64,000 bases of DNA from Octopus sinensis (GCF_006345805.1 NW_021833027.1:1-64000), one strand, 5' to 3'. Positions 40,801 through 55,790 are shown, numbered from the stretch's first letter. Notes: generated from the sequence alone by a model not told the origin. A program made the numbers and translations.

Positions 40801-41450
40801 TTTCAATGATGTTGCTATTGTGTTATGTCATAGTTAAGATGTGTCATAATTCTAACATTTATTTGGTCTTTGTCATACGCACATACATACACATACACAT
40901 TTGTGTGCATATACAATCTCTTTTGCACACTAAGACGGATAATCAACGAGCTACGTACACACAATGCATGCACACACATACACACGATACATGCACGCAC
41001 ATACACACACAGAGAAATGCATATACATACACAGACACACATAAACTTATATATGCTCGTAGATACAAAAATGTTACATGCAGACACAGAAGGCCCAATA
41101 AAACACACACACACACAAAATTGCAGATACCTAAACATATATTTTCGTGTACGTGAGCTCCGTACAAAATATTTATGCACGGTGCCCCAGCATGGCCACA
41201 GCTCGTGAGCTGAAACTAGAATCAATCAAACACACAGACATGCATAGACAGAGACACACACACACAGACATGCGTACACACAGAGACACACACACAGACA
41301 TGCGTACACAGAGACACACACACACAGATATGCGTACACAGACACACACATGCAAACATAGAAGAGGTGGGAGGAGGATAAAGTAAGAGATATAAAGAGA
41401 AAAAGAGAGAAATAGGCAGACGAGAAAAGGGGTTAGAAAGAGATGTAATA

Positions 41451-41495
<45 letters not shown>

Positions 41496-42132
41496 TGAGG
41501 GAGAAAAGGGAGGGAAAGAAAGAGAGAGAAATTTAATAAAAGAGAAAGAGAGAGATATATAATAAAGGAGGAGAGAAAGAGAAAGAGAGAGACATATATA
41601 AGGAGGGAAAAGAAAGTGAAAGAGACAGACACGTAATAAGAGAAATAGACAGATATATATATATAATAAGGGGAAGGTGGAAGAAAGAGAAAGAAAGAGA
41701 CAGACACGTAATAAGAGAGATAGACAGAGAGACAGACAGATACAGAGAGAGATAGGGAGAGAGATAGAAGAGAGAGAGAAGAAGGCAATGTGGATCAAGG
41801 GAGATAATATACAGAGCTTTCTTCACACACGCACTTATAATTTCTCATATGAGGTAAATGAGTGCGATGGCCAAATGAGAGAAATGTAATGATCTCTATT
41901 AGGTGATTTGTATCGGAACTTCAAGAGGTTTTAGGGAAAGGGGGGTTCAACGGTTTGGGCTTATAGGGTTATATATAGGAATGCTAACGAACCGTTCTAT
42001 TTATTTCGATGCGTAAACGAGAAAAACCGTGTTTTCTGTCTATGAAAACTGTCCGTTTGTTTGTACCCAATTTTCTTAAGTTTTGTAGTTTGTAACGCAC
42101 AGACTACAAACAAGAAATCACACTCACAAGTA

Positions 42133-42169
<37 letters not shown>

Positions 42170-42174
<5 letters not shown>

Positions 42175-42415
42175 AATATATATATATATATAAGTGTGTG
42201 TATATATGTTTGTGTGTCTGTGTTTGTCCCCCTAGCATTGCTTGACAACCGATGCTGGTGTGTTTATGTCCCCGTTACTTAGCGGTTCGGCAAAAGTGAC
42301 CGATAAAATAAGTACTGACTGGGCTTACAAAAAGAATAAGTCCCGGGGTCGAGTTGCTCGATTAAAGGCGGTGCTCCAGCACGGCCGCAGTCAAGTGACT
42401 GAAACAAGTAAAAGT
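42170..42415 (+). mobile_element. SINE family A, 3' half
   Basis: Matches 13520-13750. Confidence 0.8.
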
Positions 42416-42839
42416 ATATATATATATATATATTATATATATATATATATATGTATGCACACACACACACATATATATATGTATACACACACACACGCAT
42501 ATACACCACACACTTATACATCATTATTATATATTTGGCTTTTCCGTATGTCATCCCGTCTGGCACACAAGGACATCCTCATCCAAGGACGGCTCAGACA
42601 GGAATTGATCAAAACCCCCCAAATTATGTCCAGTTAACATTGCTCCTGGATAACACCGCCCCCTTCTAGTACCGGCGCCTCCTGATCGAGAGCCACTTAG
42701 AGGTAACTTCCGATATACCCACACGGTAGCCTTCCGCCACATTGGCGCCTGTGATACCAACCATATTGTTAAGTCTGCAGACGAACTGACCTTTAATCTC
42801 TCCGCATTCGATCTTGATCATGATGACCATGCTTGATAA

Positions 42840-42885
<46 letters not shown>

Positions 42886-42889
<4 letters not shown>

Positions 42890-43153
42890 AGGGGTGCCGA
42901 AAAGTTCCAGGTTTTAAGGGTTGCGAAAGGCCGCTGGAGGTCCAACCTTTCGAGTTTTTCTATTTTTGTTTCTTTACAGAGCTTAGAAAAACTGATGGAT
43001 CGCCGCTTTGTGAATCTTAGAAAAACTGAAGGATCGAAGTTTGTGAATCTGAGAGAAGGAATATATTAAATAAAATGGATCTTTTAATTAAAAAAATCAG
43101 GTGACTGAGATTGAAAAGATCCTATAGAATCATAATTAACTGATCCTCCTGTA
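42886..43153 (+). mobile_element. Mariner-derived non-autonomous element (partial)
   Basis: The start acgaggggtgccgaaaagttcc matches 63030. The internal segment reads like a mariner transposase C-terminus (LEKLMDR...VNLR..). Confidence 0.6.
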
Positions 43154-43334
43154 TATATATACATACATATATATATATATATTTATTAGAAGGTTTGGAG
43201 ATGATGTACAGGTATTTTATATTAGAAGAAATGAGGTGCTCAGAAATTCGGATGGTTTTATATTTATAGATATTTATTTGTATATTACATGTTTTTATAC
43301 ATCATACATCATATATTAGCGCTTTCGTCCATTC

Positions 43335-43400
<66 letters not shown>

Positions 43401-44189
43401 TCACATTCGCATAAAAAAACACACACACACATATATACGTATGTTGTTCAAGTATTCTTTGTAGTTTAGATCCAAAGTATTGTAACCGTAACCATTCTTT
43501 ATTTTTATTCTGGCATTGTATATCATGGACTACATTGCTCATTGTGCTTTTCTTTTTATTTAGTTGGCAGAATCTAAATAACGCGAGGAAGATTTGACTA
43601 CTGTTTCTAGAAGACTGGGTGACGACGTAGGGAATACTTGTTAGAGGCTCGTTACATTCATTCACCTAATTTCAGTCGCTGAACTGCGGCCATGCCGAAG
43701 CAAAAGCAATATAGTGCCACAGTTTAATGAAGCAGAAGAGACTTATACCTCTCCCACCTTATGTCGCTGTTGTTCAGCCCCCTTCCTCCATCATTCCTAT
43801 TTTAAAACGAAGGGGGTTGTTATTTGGCTGTTGTTTCTAGCATGTCGACTGACGACACAGATTTCTTGTTTGTTGACTCACTGTTTTATTGTGGCGCTAT
43901 TATACTAATAGTTGCTATTATCTGCACAAATCGTTTAATGCATTAAATATTTAATTACTATTGCAATGCATTAACTGTTAGTTAATTAATTAATAATAGT
44001 TAATTTATAGACTTGGCTTGAAAAGAGACACAGTGTCTGTTAGCAATTGGGAGTTATTTTGTTGTTCTTTTTCGTTATCTAAAAATAAAATAAAAATTAA
44101 ATTAAAACGGAGCCTTCTTCTTCTCTTCAACGTTTGTCGCAACAGTTTTAATCAATCATAACTGCCTGCAATCATAACAGCAACAGCAG

Positions 44190-44470
44190 TAGAGGCGCAA
44201 TAGCCCAGTGGTTGGGGCAGCGAACTCGCGGTCGGAGGATCGCGGCTTCGATTCCCAGACCGGGCATTGTATGTGTTTATGTGTTTATTGAGCGAAAACA
44301 CCTAAAGCTCCACGAAGCTCCGGCATCTACGAGTCTGGATGCGCATTCATCCACCCGTCGTTGCTCTCGGTGTCGGGGGGTTGACTTGCTTTCTCTGCTG
44401 CGGGTCTTACGAATAGCAAAGGACCACGTTTCGGACTTCTCCAACTAATGAGACGAAGACCGCTTCGCTC
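44190..44470 (+). mobile_element. tRNA-derived SINE of a further family
   Basis: A-box tagcccagtggtt and B-box ttcgattccc; CpG-rich body. Confidence 0.65.
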
Positions 44471-44721
44471 AACAGCAACAGCAACAATAATAATGGCTTC
44501 AAATTTTGGCACAAGGCCAGCAATTTCCTGGGAATGAGTGTGTCGGCTACATCGACCCCAGTGTTTCTTTGGTAATTATTTCATCGATCCCGAAAGGATG
44601 AAAGGCAAAGTCAACCTAGGCAGAACTTGAACTCAGGCGCTAAGCATTTTGTCCGGGTGCAGATGATTCTGCCAGCTCATCGGCTTTTTTTCAATAATTA
44701 TAATAATCCTTTCTACTATAG

Positions 44722-44892
44722 CAGGGGTCCCCAAAATTGTAGGCCATCAACTCCTTCGTGAAATTCTTGACCCCCTCATCGAACCCCAGGCATGTACAAG
44801 AAAATAAATAATACTTAAGTAGGTGTGCTTTTATCGACCCTTTGAATAGTTCCATTGACCCCAAGGGACCATAACCTCTTTGGAGGCCCCTG
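44722..44892. mobile_element. hAT-type MITE with an 8-bp target-site duplication, inserted in a SINE tail
   Basis: Inverted ends caggggtccccaaa and tttggaggcccctg; flanks TACTATAG (44714-44721) and TACTATAT (44893-44900). Confidence 0.8.
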
Positions 44893-44899
44893 TACTATA

Positions 44900-45105
44900 T
44901 GGGCACAAGGCCTGAAATTTGGTGGGAGGGGGAGCTAGTCGATTACATCGCCCCCAGTGTTTAACTGGTATTTATTTCATCGATTCCGAAAAGATGAAAG
45001 GCAAAATCGACCTCGACAGAATTTGAACTCAGAACACGAAGACAAGACTAAAATGCCGCTAAGTATTTTCTCCTGTGTGCTAACAATTCTGCCAGTTCGC
45101 CGCCT
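44900..45105 (-). mobile_element. SINE family B
   Basis: ttgaactcagaa...gccagttcgccgcctt; a neighbouring copy lies at ~44505-44690. Confidence 0.78.
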
Positions 45106-47189
45106 TTTTTTTTAATTATAAGGGGGAGAAAAAAAATAACGATAATCTAATAACGGATGGGCCTCGCTCCACTAATAGTTCTTTTTGATACAGACACAAG
45201 CCTTGAAATCTTGTCGGGTAGGGAGCTGGTTGAGTACCTACCTCGACTCCAGTATTTGACTTGGTCTTGACACCTCCAATAATATTAATAACAGTAATTC
45301 CTTACAAAAAATACACGGTTCAAAATGGTGTGTGAGCAATGCTGTAGCTTCGTGTGAATCTTGAGCTTTGTATAAATCAAACAACAGACTTAATCATGGC
45401 TCAAGTATTTAAATATTTTCTGACTGCGAAGTGATATCATAGTCGTTGTGATGTGGCTTTACGATGATTATATCCGTATCTGTAGCAGCAGAACGTCCTA
45501 GATATATGGACAGTGGTTTAATGGCTTAGGTGGTGGTAGAGGTGGGTCTTATTTGAGCTTTCTAAAGAGACATCAACTGATTAGAGCTGGAAGCATCTCA
45601 GCTCTTGTGACACGACGCAAAGTGTGTGTCTGTGTGTGTCTATGTGTAGTTCCAATACCGATCCAGATATATGAACAGTAATAAGCTTTGTCTAAGGTTA
45701 ACAAAGTACTTTCTTGCCTTGATAATCAAATTCAGTCGCTGTGACGTCTAAGATATTGTACACGAAGCAGTAGCTTGTCCAAGATACGAAGATTGTGGAG
45801 TCTTACCTCGAGTTTTCTACATTGCATGTGAGGGACATAAACGATCCCAAGCTGACAAAATTAATTGATTTCATCATAGGATACGAATCATCGTGTCTTC
45901 TGTCGTCTCACGATTTTTTTCTCTCTTTTTGGCAGCAATGAGTAGCACAACACTACAAAACAGCTTATCATCGAAGACTTTGGACACAAGTATTTATAAA
46001 TCTCTCCTTCTCCCGACAACACTACCACAGCGACATCAGGTATTTACTACGGCCGAGCAATCACGAAAGGATTTTAACTTTGTGTAAAGGCCATGCTGTA
46101 GCACCAGCTTTTCAGAGTTGAATGCTCTATGTCATTTTTACTCACCATGTTCTTAGGGACTAAACATTATTGTGATCTTTAAGCGTTCTGGTGCATTTCC
46201 TATGACCAACACTGGTTTCCCAAGATTAAAGCGTTGGATTTTAGCAATTCGATCTGGTCTGAGCACTAACGTGGCCAATATCTATTCAACGCTTTTTGGC
46301 GTATTCTTATCCATTGTATATTAAACAATTTGTTAATCTTTTCCTTATTCTTTCATAAAGTTAAATGTCCTATAATATTAAACTCCTAAAAACAGTCTTT
46401 GAAAGACTTGGCAGCACTAAATTCATTAGATGCCATAAAGAAGACTTAATGAATTTGGTTTCAAGCAAAACTTAGTAAAGACCAATTTGCATCTTTTTAT
46501 TAAGAGGATCTCCTGATTATTTGTTGGATCTCCTGATTACGTACAGCTACCAAGACTTCTCCACCTCAAGGAGTACGCCATGCATGAATAAAATAGTTAC
46601 GAATAAAAAAATTGAACCCAAAACTGACTAACAATGCACTTGGTTATATAATCAAACTATTTTATTGCAATGTTTCGAGGTACCCTAAGCGACCTCTTGG
46701 GGAACACCAGTTGGGAAATATTGTTTCAGGTCTTTTATGCCATCTCAATGTGTAATCCAGTGGTTTTAGTTAGGCTTATTTTAGTTTTTGCATGGATAAG
46801 TAACATCTCTTAAAGACAGGTCGATGAACTGGTGGAGACTGGTCTTTTTCTTTCTGTTTTTATTGCCGTAGTAACTTTAATTCATATTCTTCCGAATTCA
46901 TGTTGCAAATATGTTTTTACAATGTATAAATAAGCCTCTAATAAAAACGACGTTTTAGCTATTGCTGTATGGTCTGAGACGGGTTAGTCTTAAAATACTC
47001 CAGCAAAGACAACAATCTATCACAGGCATCATTCCTAAGATCAACTGGCAAACACTTCCTCTTCTAACGACTCTAGATGGACTGAGGTAATGTAATAATA
47101 ATAATACGCATTGCTTCAGGATATTATGATGGGAGCTAGATCTAGATAAAACACTAGTCTATTGTAGAAACCACCACTAGATAATCTGC

Positions 47190-47620
47190 ATTTTATTCTG
47201 TTACCAGATGTAGTTTTAAAGTTCAGATCAGTTCATCTGTTTCTTATTCCGCCACCAGATTATTCTGAGTTCGTATCAGTTCATCTGTTTCTTATTTAGT
47301 CACCAGATGTAGTTTTAAATTCAGGTCAGTTCACTTGTTTCCTATTCAGTCACGAAGATATTCTAAGCTCAAATCAATTTGAACTTATTTTGTTTCTTAT
47401 TCAGTCACAAAATGTCGTTCTCACTTCAGATCAGTTCATCTGTTCCCTATTCAGCCATTAGATAAAAGTTTTTGAGTTCTAATCAATTAATCTCCATCCT
47501 ATTTTGTTACCGGACGTTGCTTTGAGTTTAGATCATTTCACCTACTTTCTGTAAAGCCATGAAATAATCTGAACTGAGATTAATTCATCTTTCCCATTGA
47601 GCCACTCGTTATAGTCCTCA
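47190..47620. repeat. Degenerate ~52-bp tandem repeat, about 8 copies
   Basis: Unit approximates ttcagatcagttcatctgtttcttattcagtcaccagatgtagttttaa. Confidence 0.8.
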
Positions 47621-48519
47621 GTTCAACTCCAGCCAAGATCAGTACTGCCTATTGTCTTTTCTTCCAACGAAGGCAAAACAAAAAGTACCAGTCATGCACT
47701 AAGGTTGGCCTGCATCTCAAACCCATAGGATGCGTAGTCATGTGTAAGGTGTAATAAATTGATTCAATTTGTAGCAGCAATCAGTAAAAAATGTAGTTGA
47801 CGTTGGTTGGATTCGAACACTGAACATACAGAGATGCGACAAAATACTGCAAGACTGTTTGTACAGCGATCTATTGATTCAGCCAACTCGTCGCCATTTA
47901 CGTCCAACCATCACATTTCCATTTTGCCGGTCCATTTACCGATTCTGTCATCTTATCGAACGTTTATTGATTCTTAATATCGAGCTTGAGACGTAGTTGT
48001 TTATCTAGATCCTCGTTATTCGACCGGACGAGAAGCAACGTTTGACTTCGGCAGGATTTGAACTTAGAATGTAAGAAACAAGTCGCGAAATATCACAGGC
48101 ATTTTATCCGGTTCTTTTACCTATTGTATACATTATCCACAAGAACCTTGTAAACGCGTTAATAATGAAATAACAATGGCTAGTAGAAACAGCAAGCTAG
48201 AAAATCCATATTATTTTACGAATATAAATTATTGAAAATTAGAAAAAAACTCGGAAAACTGTAAATATATTATTTGTAAATATAATTTTATTTTATTTCA
48301 TTTGGAAATTTTACAATTTTCTTAACTCTCTTTTTTCTTTTTCGGCATTTTTCATTTATATATATATATATTTTATCGATATTTTTAATTTGTTTTCTGG
48401 GGTTTTTTTCCAAGTATATTTGAAATTGTTTTATTTGTTGATTAGTTTTCACAAATCACACTCTTTATATATATATCTTTATATATATATATCTTTATAT
48501 ATATATCTTTATATATATA

Positions 48520-48555
<36 letters not shown>

Positions 48556-50390
48556 CATACATATACTCACACACACATTACTGGAGTCTAATACTTAACA
48601 TTAGATACATTACTAAGCTTAAAGACAACAAGTGGAATGGTCACGATTGGCTATCTTTGATCATAGGTCTGCTTCATAAAGGACAACCTTGGGCTAAAAA
48701 CATCAGCTATGAAATACACGCGATATAATATATTCTTCCATACATTACGTCTGAAAAAAAATACGACGAGACAGCCACGACTGGAATATATTTGACTTAT
48801 ATACGTCCGTCTGATTAGGCCTGGAAAGATGTTTTAAGATTAATGGAATATTTGTTGAGACAGCGATTAGGTAAATAAAGATATATTGCGCACCTAATTT
48901 TTTTTTTTATTTTCTGTGTCTGTGTGTAAGGCTCACAGTAAAATACAAACGATTGTAAAAGCTATGCTCGCGTCGATATACACGCACGCACACAAGTGTG
49001 TGTGTGGTTGGCAATGATGGAAGACGTCCGTCGTTTCATCAACTGAATTACCTGCTCCTGAATTAGCGTAGGAAATGGCCAAAGCATTCGACACACGTGT
49101 AACCTTAACGTAATTTCTGCGGCAGAATCAGCTTACCATATGTGTGTGTGTGTGTGTGTGATGAAGATGTACCGTTTTGAATTACAAATACAATCAACCT
49201 GACGGGCTTCTGTCTCTTTTAATTTTACTCACATAGTTAGAACAGCAAATGAACAAAATCCGCACCCCAGAATGTTACGCAGCGTGAAGTGAAGGTTTTG
49301 ATCTTTCGGTTACATTGCTCCTATGAATGCAAGGGGCTACGGGTATATGAGTACTTTCTGTATGGAAACCTAAAAGACAACCTTATCTTTGACATAAATA
49401 GACAATTCTAATTTAATTCTGGTATTGAGCACTCTTAAGCTTTTTTTCGTAAAACGACGCCGTTTAGAATACAACTTTCAAATGTCTGTACACCCAGACA
49501 CGCAAGCAATAAACACATGTAAATACATACGAATATCATCAGACAAGACAATGTATTTGCACGTCGGCTCTTCCATATTATTTCACAATAATTATGTTTA
49601 AAGCTACAGTGGGTTACCTAAATTGACTTCACAAAAGCTTATATTAAAACTCTCTCTCTTGCCTTAAAACGTGCACGTACTTAATAAACTGCACAAATAG
49701 TATGCATATATATATTTATATATATATATATATATATTATGGTTTCTAACATTGCACAAGGTAACCAATTTGGGGGTGGAAGAAATGGTATATAGATTAG
49801 ATACGCTTCAGTCCTTGGGTGTTCCTTTAGAACGTATTTTATCGATGCCCAGCAGATTAAATCTAAAGTCGTTCTCGGCGAGAATCGAACTCAGAACTGC
49901 AAAATATTTTGTCTGAGACGTTACCAATTCATCCATCCAGCAGTTTACATTAACAACTAACCAAATTTTTTTATTTATTTTAAGCAAAGGCACAAGGAAG
50001 GGATTTAGTCAATATTATTGATCGTCGGTATTTAATTGTTACTTAATATTTTTTTGAACCCGGGGATGGAAAGCCAAGTTGACCAAAGCTGAATTTGAAC
50101 GTAAACAACCGGAATAGATAACGTAAAGGCATTTTCACAGACGTTCTAACGATTGTACGTTCGAATCCATCGCCCTGTCTAACCAACGAATAATAAAATA
50201 ACGTTTTGATTGTCAAAATTTTGCTGTCCACAATTTTCTGCATATAGTGGTGTATGTAGAAATAAAAACAGCTAAAAACTAATCCGTATTTCGAGCTATT
50301 ACATATTTCTCTAATCCAAACATTTTTCGCCTTCTTTTACTTAATTCTTTCTTGAATATAAACCAAAATTTCAAAGAAACAAAGTATTAC

Positions 50391-50594
50391 TTGAAGCATA
50401 TCCTGTTGTGTCTGGGGAGAGTCATTCTCTTTTTGTGCCTTATAATTTAACACACACACCGGTAAAATTTCCACTTATTTCTTAATTTTTATTTTCTAAA
50501 ATTTTCAATAGTCTTGACTGACTATTGATTGAAAAAAGTTGCAAGACGCAATGAAAATTTTAGAAAATAAAAATAAGTGGAAATTTTACCGGTG
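50391..50594. mobile_element. Short element with internal inversion and a 10-12-bp target-site duplication
   Basis: AAAGTATTAC(TT) at 50381 and 50595. Inverted arms caccggtaaaatttccacttattt...ctaaaattttca and tgaaaattttag...aaataagtggaaattttaccggtg. Confidence 0.75.
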
Positions 50595-50974
50595 AAAGTA
50601 TTACTTATTCTGGACGTAAAAGAATGGATCGTTAGTAAAGCTAAGTGGAGCACAAGTGATGGACACTTTGAGGTGCTAGAAATAGATAGTCATTTAAATC
50701 GTCTCTTTTATTGACCTACGAACGATATATGTGAAAATGGATAGGTGCTGGGGTTTGAACTCAGAGTATCAACTAAATATTGTGAGATTGTTGTTGTTTT
50801 TGGTCGAGTACTCTATAAAATTGTAACCTGTCCAACACCATTTATACGTTTTTTTTTATGCGTTTCAACCCGAAGGTTGCGGCCATGCTGGGACACACAA
50901 CACACACAAACATATGTGCGTTCATATGCATATAAAATGTACACATACATACACAAAAGAGAGGCTACCATACA

Positions 50975-51015
<41 letters not shown>

Positions 51016-52694
51016 GATGCAGACAACACCTGCATAAGATATTTAAGCGCAACTGTAGTAGTAGTAGTAGTAGTAGTAGTAAGAAGAAGACAAGAGGTCA
51101 CACTTCAGTTGAAGGTCACTAGTGAAGCCATGGCTTAGCATTATTGAAACTCCCAAGACCAACGCCAACGTCATCCTCCACCCTCACCATCGCAATCACG
51201 ACCACCACCACCATCACCATCATCAACAACAATAACGACATCATCATCATCATCACCACCAACAACGCCGACAGCACCTGTTACTAGAGAGACACTACTG
51301 CTACTATCAAAAGCTACTAGTTACAACGTGGAATAAATAAAGCTTGGCTCGAAATACTAGTAAAAAATAGTAGTAGTTGTAAGGCAACTACAGTATCCCT
51401 CAAACCACACCCTGTCGTCTTAAATAAAGAAAACTGAAATAATATATTCTTCTGAAGCAAAAAAAAAAAAACATGATAAATAAATGAATATATAAATATG
51501 CGACGTGATGGTCATGATTTGACAGTCAATTATCATAAATCTACTCGACCAGGGGCCGACTGTATAACAAACAACAAATATTATAGTAACGATAAGCTCA
51601 CACCATGCTTTATTTCTTTGGTACTACTAGGCTGTAACTAACGATTATTCTGCATTAAATAGGGATTTTTTTTTTATATTTCGTTAGTTATTATTATTAC
51701 TATTATTATTATTATTATCATTATTATTATCATTATTATTATTGTTATTGTTATTATTATTATTATTATTCTGTCTGTCTGTTTATCTTGGTTGGGCCGA
51801 CCGCGCGGCTGCCCGACCGACGGTGCAGACGTTTTTTGTTTGTCAAACCCCGCCCATCGCTGTGTTTTCCGATTCAGAGCAGGAAAGCCCACTACTAAGA
51901 AAGCCCCCACCACCACCACTACCACCAACACCATCACACCACCACCACCACCACCACCAGCACCACCAACAACAACAACTATTACTATTACTATTCCTAC
52001 TACTACTACAACTGTTACTACGATTGCTTACACCAATGGAAACGATTCTTAGCAGCATCAAATATTGACAGCTGTATTAACACCATCACTATCATCACCA
52101 CCAGCAGCAACATCAACAACAACAACAACAACAATAATAAAATAATAATAATAATAATACTATAAAAAGAAAAATACAGGATATTGCGGAAAATATTCGC
52201 GCTAACAAGTGCGGAATTGACCGGAGGGAAGGGCAGGTAACTCTCGTAGCTAACACAAAACCTGCATTGGTTTTTGACTGCAATGCAGTGTGGTGGTGGC
52301 GACGGCAACAGCGGCGGCGGCGGTGATGCTGATGTGGTGGGGGGGAGGAGAGGGAAGAGATAGAATTTGGAACACAAGGTGCAACCATGCCAACAGCATA
52401 AAAATATTCTTTTATTCTTTTTTTTTTTTTTTTGATTTACTCGTTTCATCCATTGGACTTGCGGCCACGCTGGGGCACCACCGCCTTACATACAGCAAGG
52501 GTTTCTTTTCCTTTTCTTTCCTTTGTTTTGTTTTTTTTGCTGTTGTTTTTTTTTTGTTTTCCAATCGATTTTATCGATCCTAATGTTTATTCCAGTCTGG
52601 CGCTAATTATATTGATCACTTTTCGTCGAACCGCTAATTATACGAAAACACTCACACATCCATCCATATGTACGTGCATATCTGTCTGTCTGTA

Positions 52695-52798
<104 letters not shown>

Positions 52799-53529
52799 TG
52801 GAGCATGATAAGACAACTGAAAGACGGACTTGCGCGCGCGCACACACATACACACACCAGGGTCTCTGCAGAGTTTCCGTCTACCAAAGCTATAATAAGA
52901 AACATGATGCCATGTTGTGGATAGAATACAACCACATGGCAGAGAAACGAGCCATGATGGATGGCATATATATATATATACTTAAATAAATATTTCTTTG
53001 TAGTTTGATGGTAGGTGATCTATTTCTAGCATACGGCCGACTACCTAGTGGTCTTGCCCTTTGAATATACACACATATGTATATATATACGAATAAGCAT
53101 GCACAGAGACACAAGGACGTGTGAATTCAAATAATTAAACAATTAACAAAATAACTTCTAAGAGAGGTACACGGCCAGAATTTTCAAGGGACGAACAGAG
53201 AAAGGAGTGTTAGCTACTTATTGTTACAAATGCGCCCCAGGAAGGGGAAATGCAAAACTCGACACCTCGGCTGGATTTGAATTCAGCACGCCCGAACATC
53301 GAAGCTAAATGTCGCAAGGCATTTTTGGTTCGACGTTTCATCGATTGTACAGCCATTATTCTCTCACTGCGCGCGTGCGAATATACACGTGTATACACGC
53401 ACATATATATAATATATATATATATACACCAGTCATGAATACTTAGTACAATACAGAGCAAATGCTGGGTGTTTATGCATACATTAAAGTGCAAGCTATG
53501 CTGTATTAGGCATGGGTAATGTATTTATA

Positions 53530-53626
53530 ATGTATGTATACAAGGTGCTATATATATACGTGTGTATATGTATGTATACAAGGTGTTATATATTTATGTG
53601 TGTGTGTGTGTGTGTATACAAGGTGC

Positions 53627-53661
<35 letters not shown>

Positions 53662-53970
53662 TTGTGTATGTATACAAGGAGCTATATATGTGTGTATGTA
53701 TGTATACAAGGTGCTATATATATATGTGTGTGTGTGTGTGTGTATACAAGGTGCTATATATGTGTGTGTATGTATGTATACAAGGTGCTATATATGTGTG
53801 TATGTATACAAGGTGCTATATATATATGTGTGTGTATGTATAGAAGATGCTATATATATGTGTATTGTGTGTGTGTATACAAGGTGCTATATATATATAT
53901 ATATGTATGTGTGTGTATGTATGTATGTATACAAGGTGCTGTATATATGTGTGTGTGTGAGTATGTATAC
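53530..53970. repeat. Minisatellite gtatacaaggtgct(at)n(gt)n, about 10 copies
   Basis: Visible directly. Confidence 0.9.
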
Positions 53971-55009
53971 ACAGTACATGGTAGTGTACAACAATAGAAA
54001 GGTGTGTATACAATCAAATGCAACAGTAGGAGATTATATGAGTAAATGTGTACGAGTGCGCGTGCACTTAAAGGTACACAAGTGTTCTAGTAGTACAAGG
54101 AATGTGTGTGCGTGCGCGTGCATGCATGTGTGTGTGTGTCTGCTGAGCACGTCACGAAGAAGCAATAACAACAACTATTACTGCTGGTACAAGTCCCTCG
54201 TGTCAATCAACATCGCCAGACGGCAAGTGTTGATTGGTGAGTGACACGTTGCTGATGTGTACATAGATATTGCACACATATATGTACACTATTATGTAGT
54301 ACAGTATTGTAGTGTGTTGTGCAGTGGCGTTATGTGTATGAAATTGAAGCGTATAGTAGTATAGTAGTATAGGCGCCGGAGTGGCTGTGCCTGTGTGGTG
54401 AGTAGCTTGCTTACCAACCACATGGTTCCGGGTTCATTCCCAGTGCCTGGCACCTTGGGCAAGTGTCTTCTACTATAACATCGAGCCGACCAAAGCCTTG
54501 TGTACCTGTTTAAAACACACATTCAAAGGGGCTCGGTAAACAGTTACGCCCGAGGGCCCTTAATGCTCTCAGTCCGCCCCCGTGTATCTGTAATTCAAAG
54601 GGTCATCCTTATCACATTGAATATCCTACAGAATCTATGTTAAGGGTTTCGCGTGTCTGTGGAGTACTCAGCCACTTGCACGCTAATTTCACTAGAAGGT
54701 TGTTCCGTTGATTTGATGAACTGGAACTGATCCTCCATCATAAGCGACGGAGTTCCAATAGTCATACAGTGTGCAGTACGTTTTATAGTGTTGTGGTATT
54801 TAGCTTGCATTGTAGTGTAGGCTGCAGTATGTTGAGTGGTACAGTGTTGCAGAATGTGGTGGTATAGTACATAGTATATGTTGTAGTGATAATAGGAGTA
54901 GACGTGGCCGTTGCGGCATGAAGTTTGCTTCCTAACCACATGGTCTCGAGTTCAGTACAACTTTCGGTAAGTGTCTTCTACTATAGCCCCAGGCCGACAA
55001 AGATGACTG

Positions 55010-55047
<38 letters not shown>

Positions 55048-55214
55048 AGATAGATACATACATACATACATACATACATACATACATAATACATACATAC
55101 ATATGGACGTGAGTATGCATGAACTTGTGTATGTGTGTTTCAGTCACGAGGTCAAAGTGAAAGTAGACCAAATCCACTCACGAGGTCAAAGTGAAAGTAG
55201 ACTTGTGTATCTTT

Positions 55215-55490
55215 ACTTTTTTACTTGTTTCACTCATTTGAGCGCAGCCATGCTGGAGCAACGCCTTAAGGGTTTCTTTTGGGTTTTTTTTGAGTGGAAG
55301 AAATCGACCCGAGGACTTATTCTTTATAAGCCTAGAGTACTTATTCTATCGGTCACTTTTGCCGAACCGCTAGGATACGGAGAGGTAAACACACGAACAT
55401 CGGTTGTCAAGCGATGGTGGGGGGGGGGGCAAATACAGACACATACACACACAAATATATATATATGACAGGCTTCTTTCAGTTCCGTTA
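55215..55490 (-). mobile_element. SINE family A, 3' half
   Basis: tttacttgtttcactcatttgagcgcagccatgctggagca...ttctttcagtt. Confidence 0.75.
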
Positions 55491-55723
55491 TTCGAAAAAA
55501 AGTTCGTTTTCTATATTATCGTTTTTTTATGTTCTCGTTTCTCATTCAGTCCACGTGTTTTTGATGTCCTGTACCCATATATGCATGTATATATATATGC
55601 ATACATATGTAGGCATATACATACATGTATGTATATATGCATGTATGTATATATTATTTATATTACTATATCATCAAACGTCACGCATCCCTTTCCAAGT
55701 TATATCTTCATATATATATAATA

Positions 55724-55790
<67 letters not shown>

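Noticed and set aside
45803-45845. Candidate upstream exon ATGTCC...CTCGAG|gtaaga (minus)
   Set aside because: Phase 2, which does not match the main phase-1 acceptor; it would need a weaker TAG acceptor 4 nt downstream, and it lies in degenerate duplicated sequence.
46139-46215. Minus-strand donor ATG|gtgagt as the missing first exon
   Set aside because: Phase 0; the phase-1 frame has a stop just before the donor.
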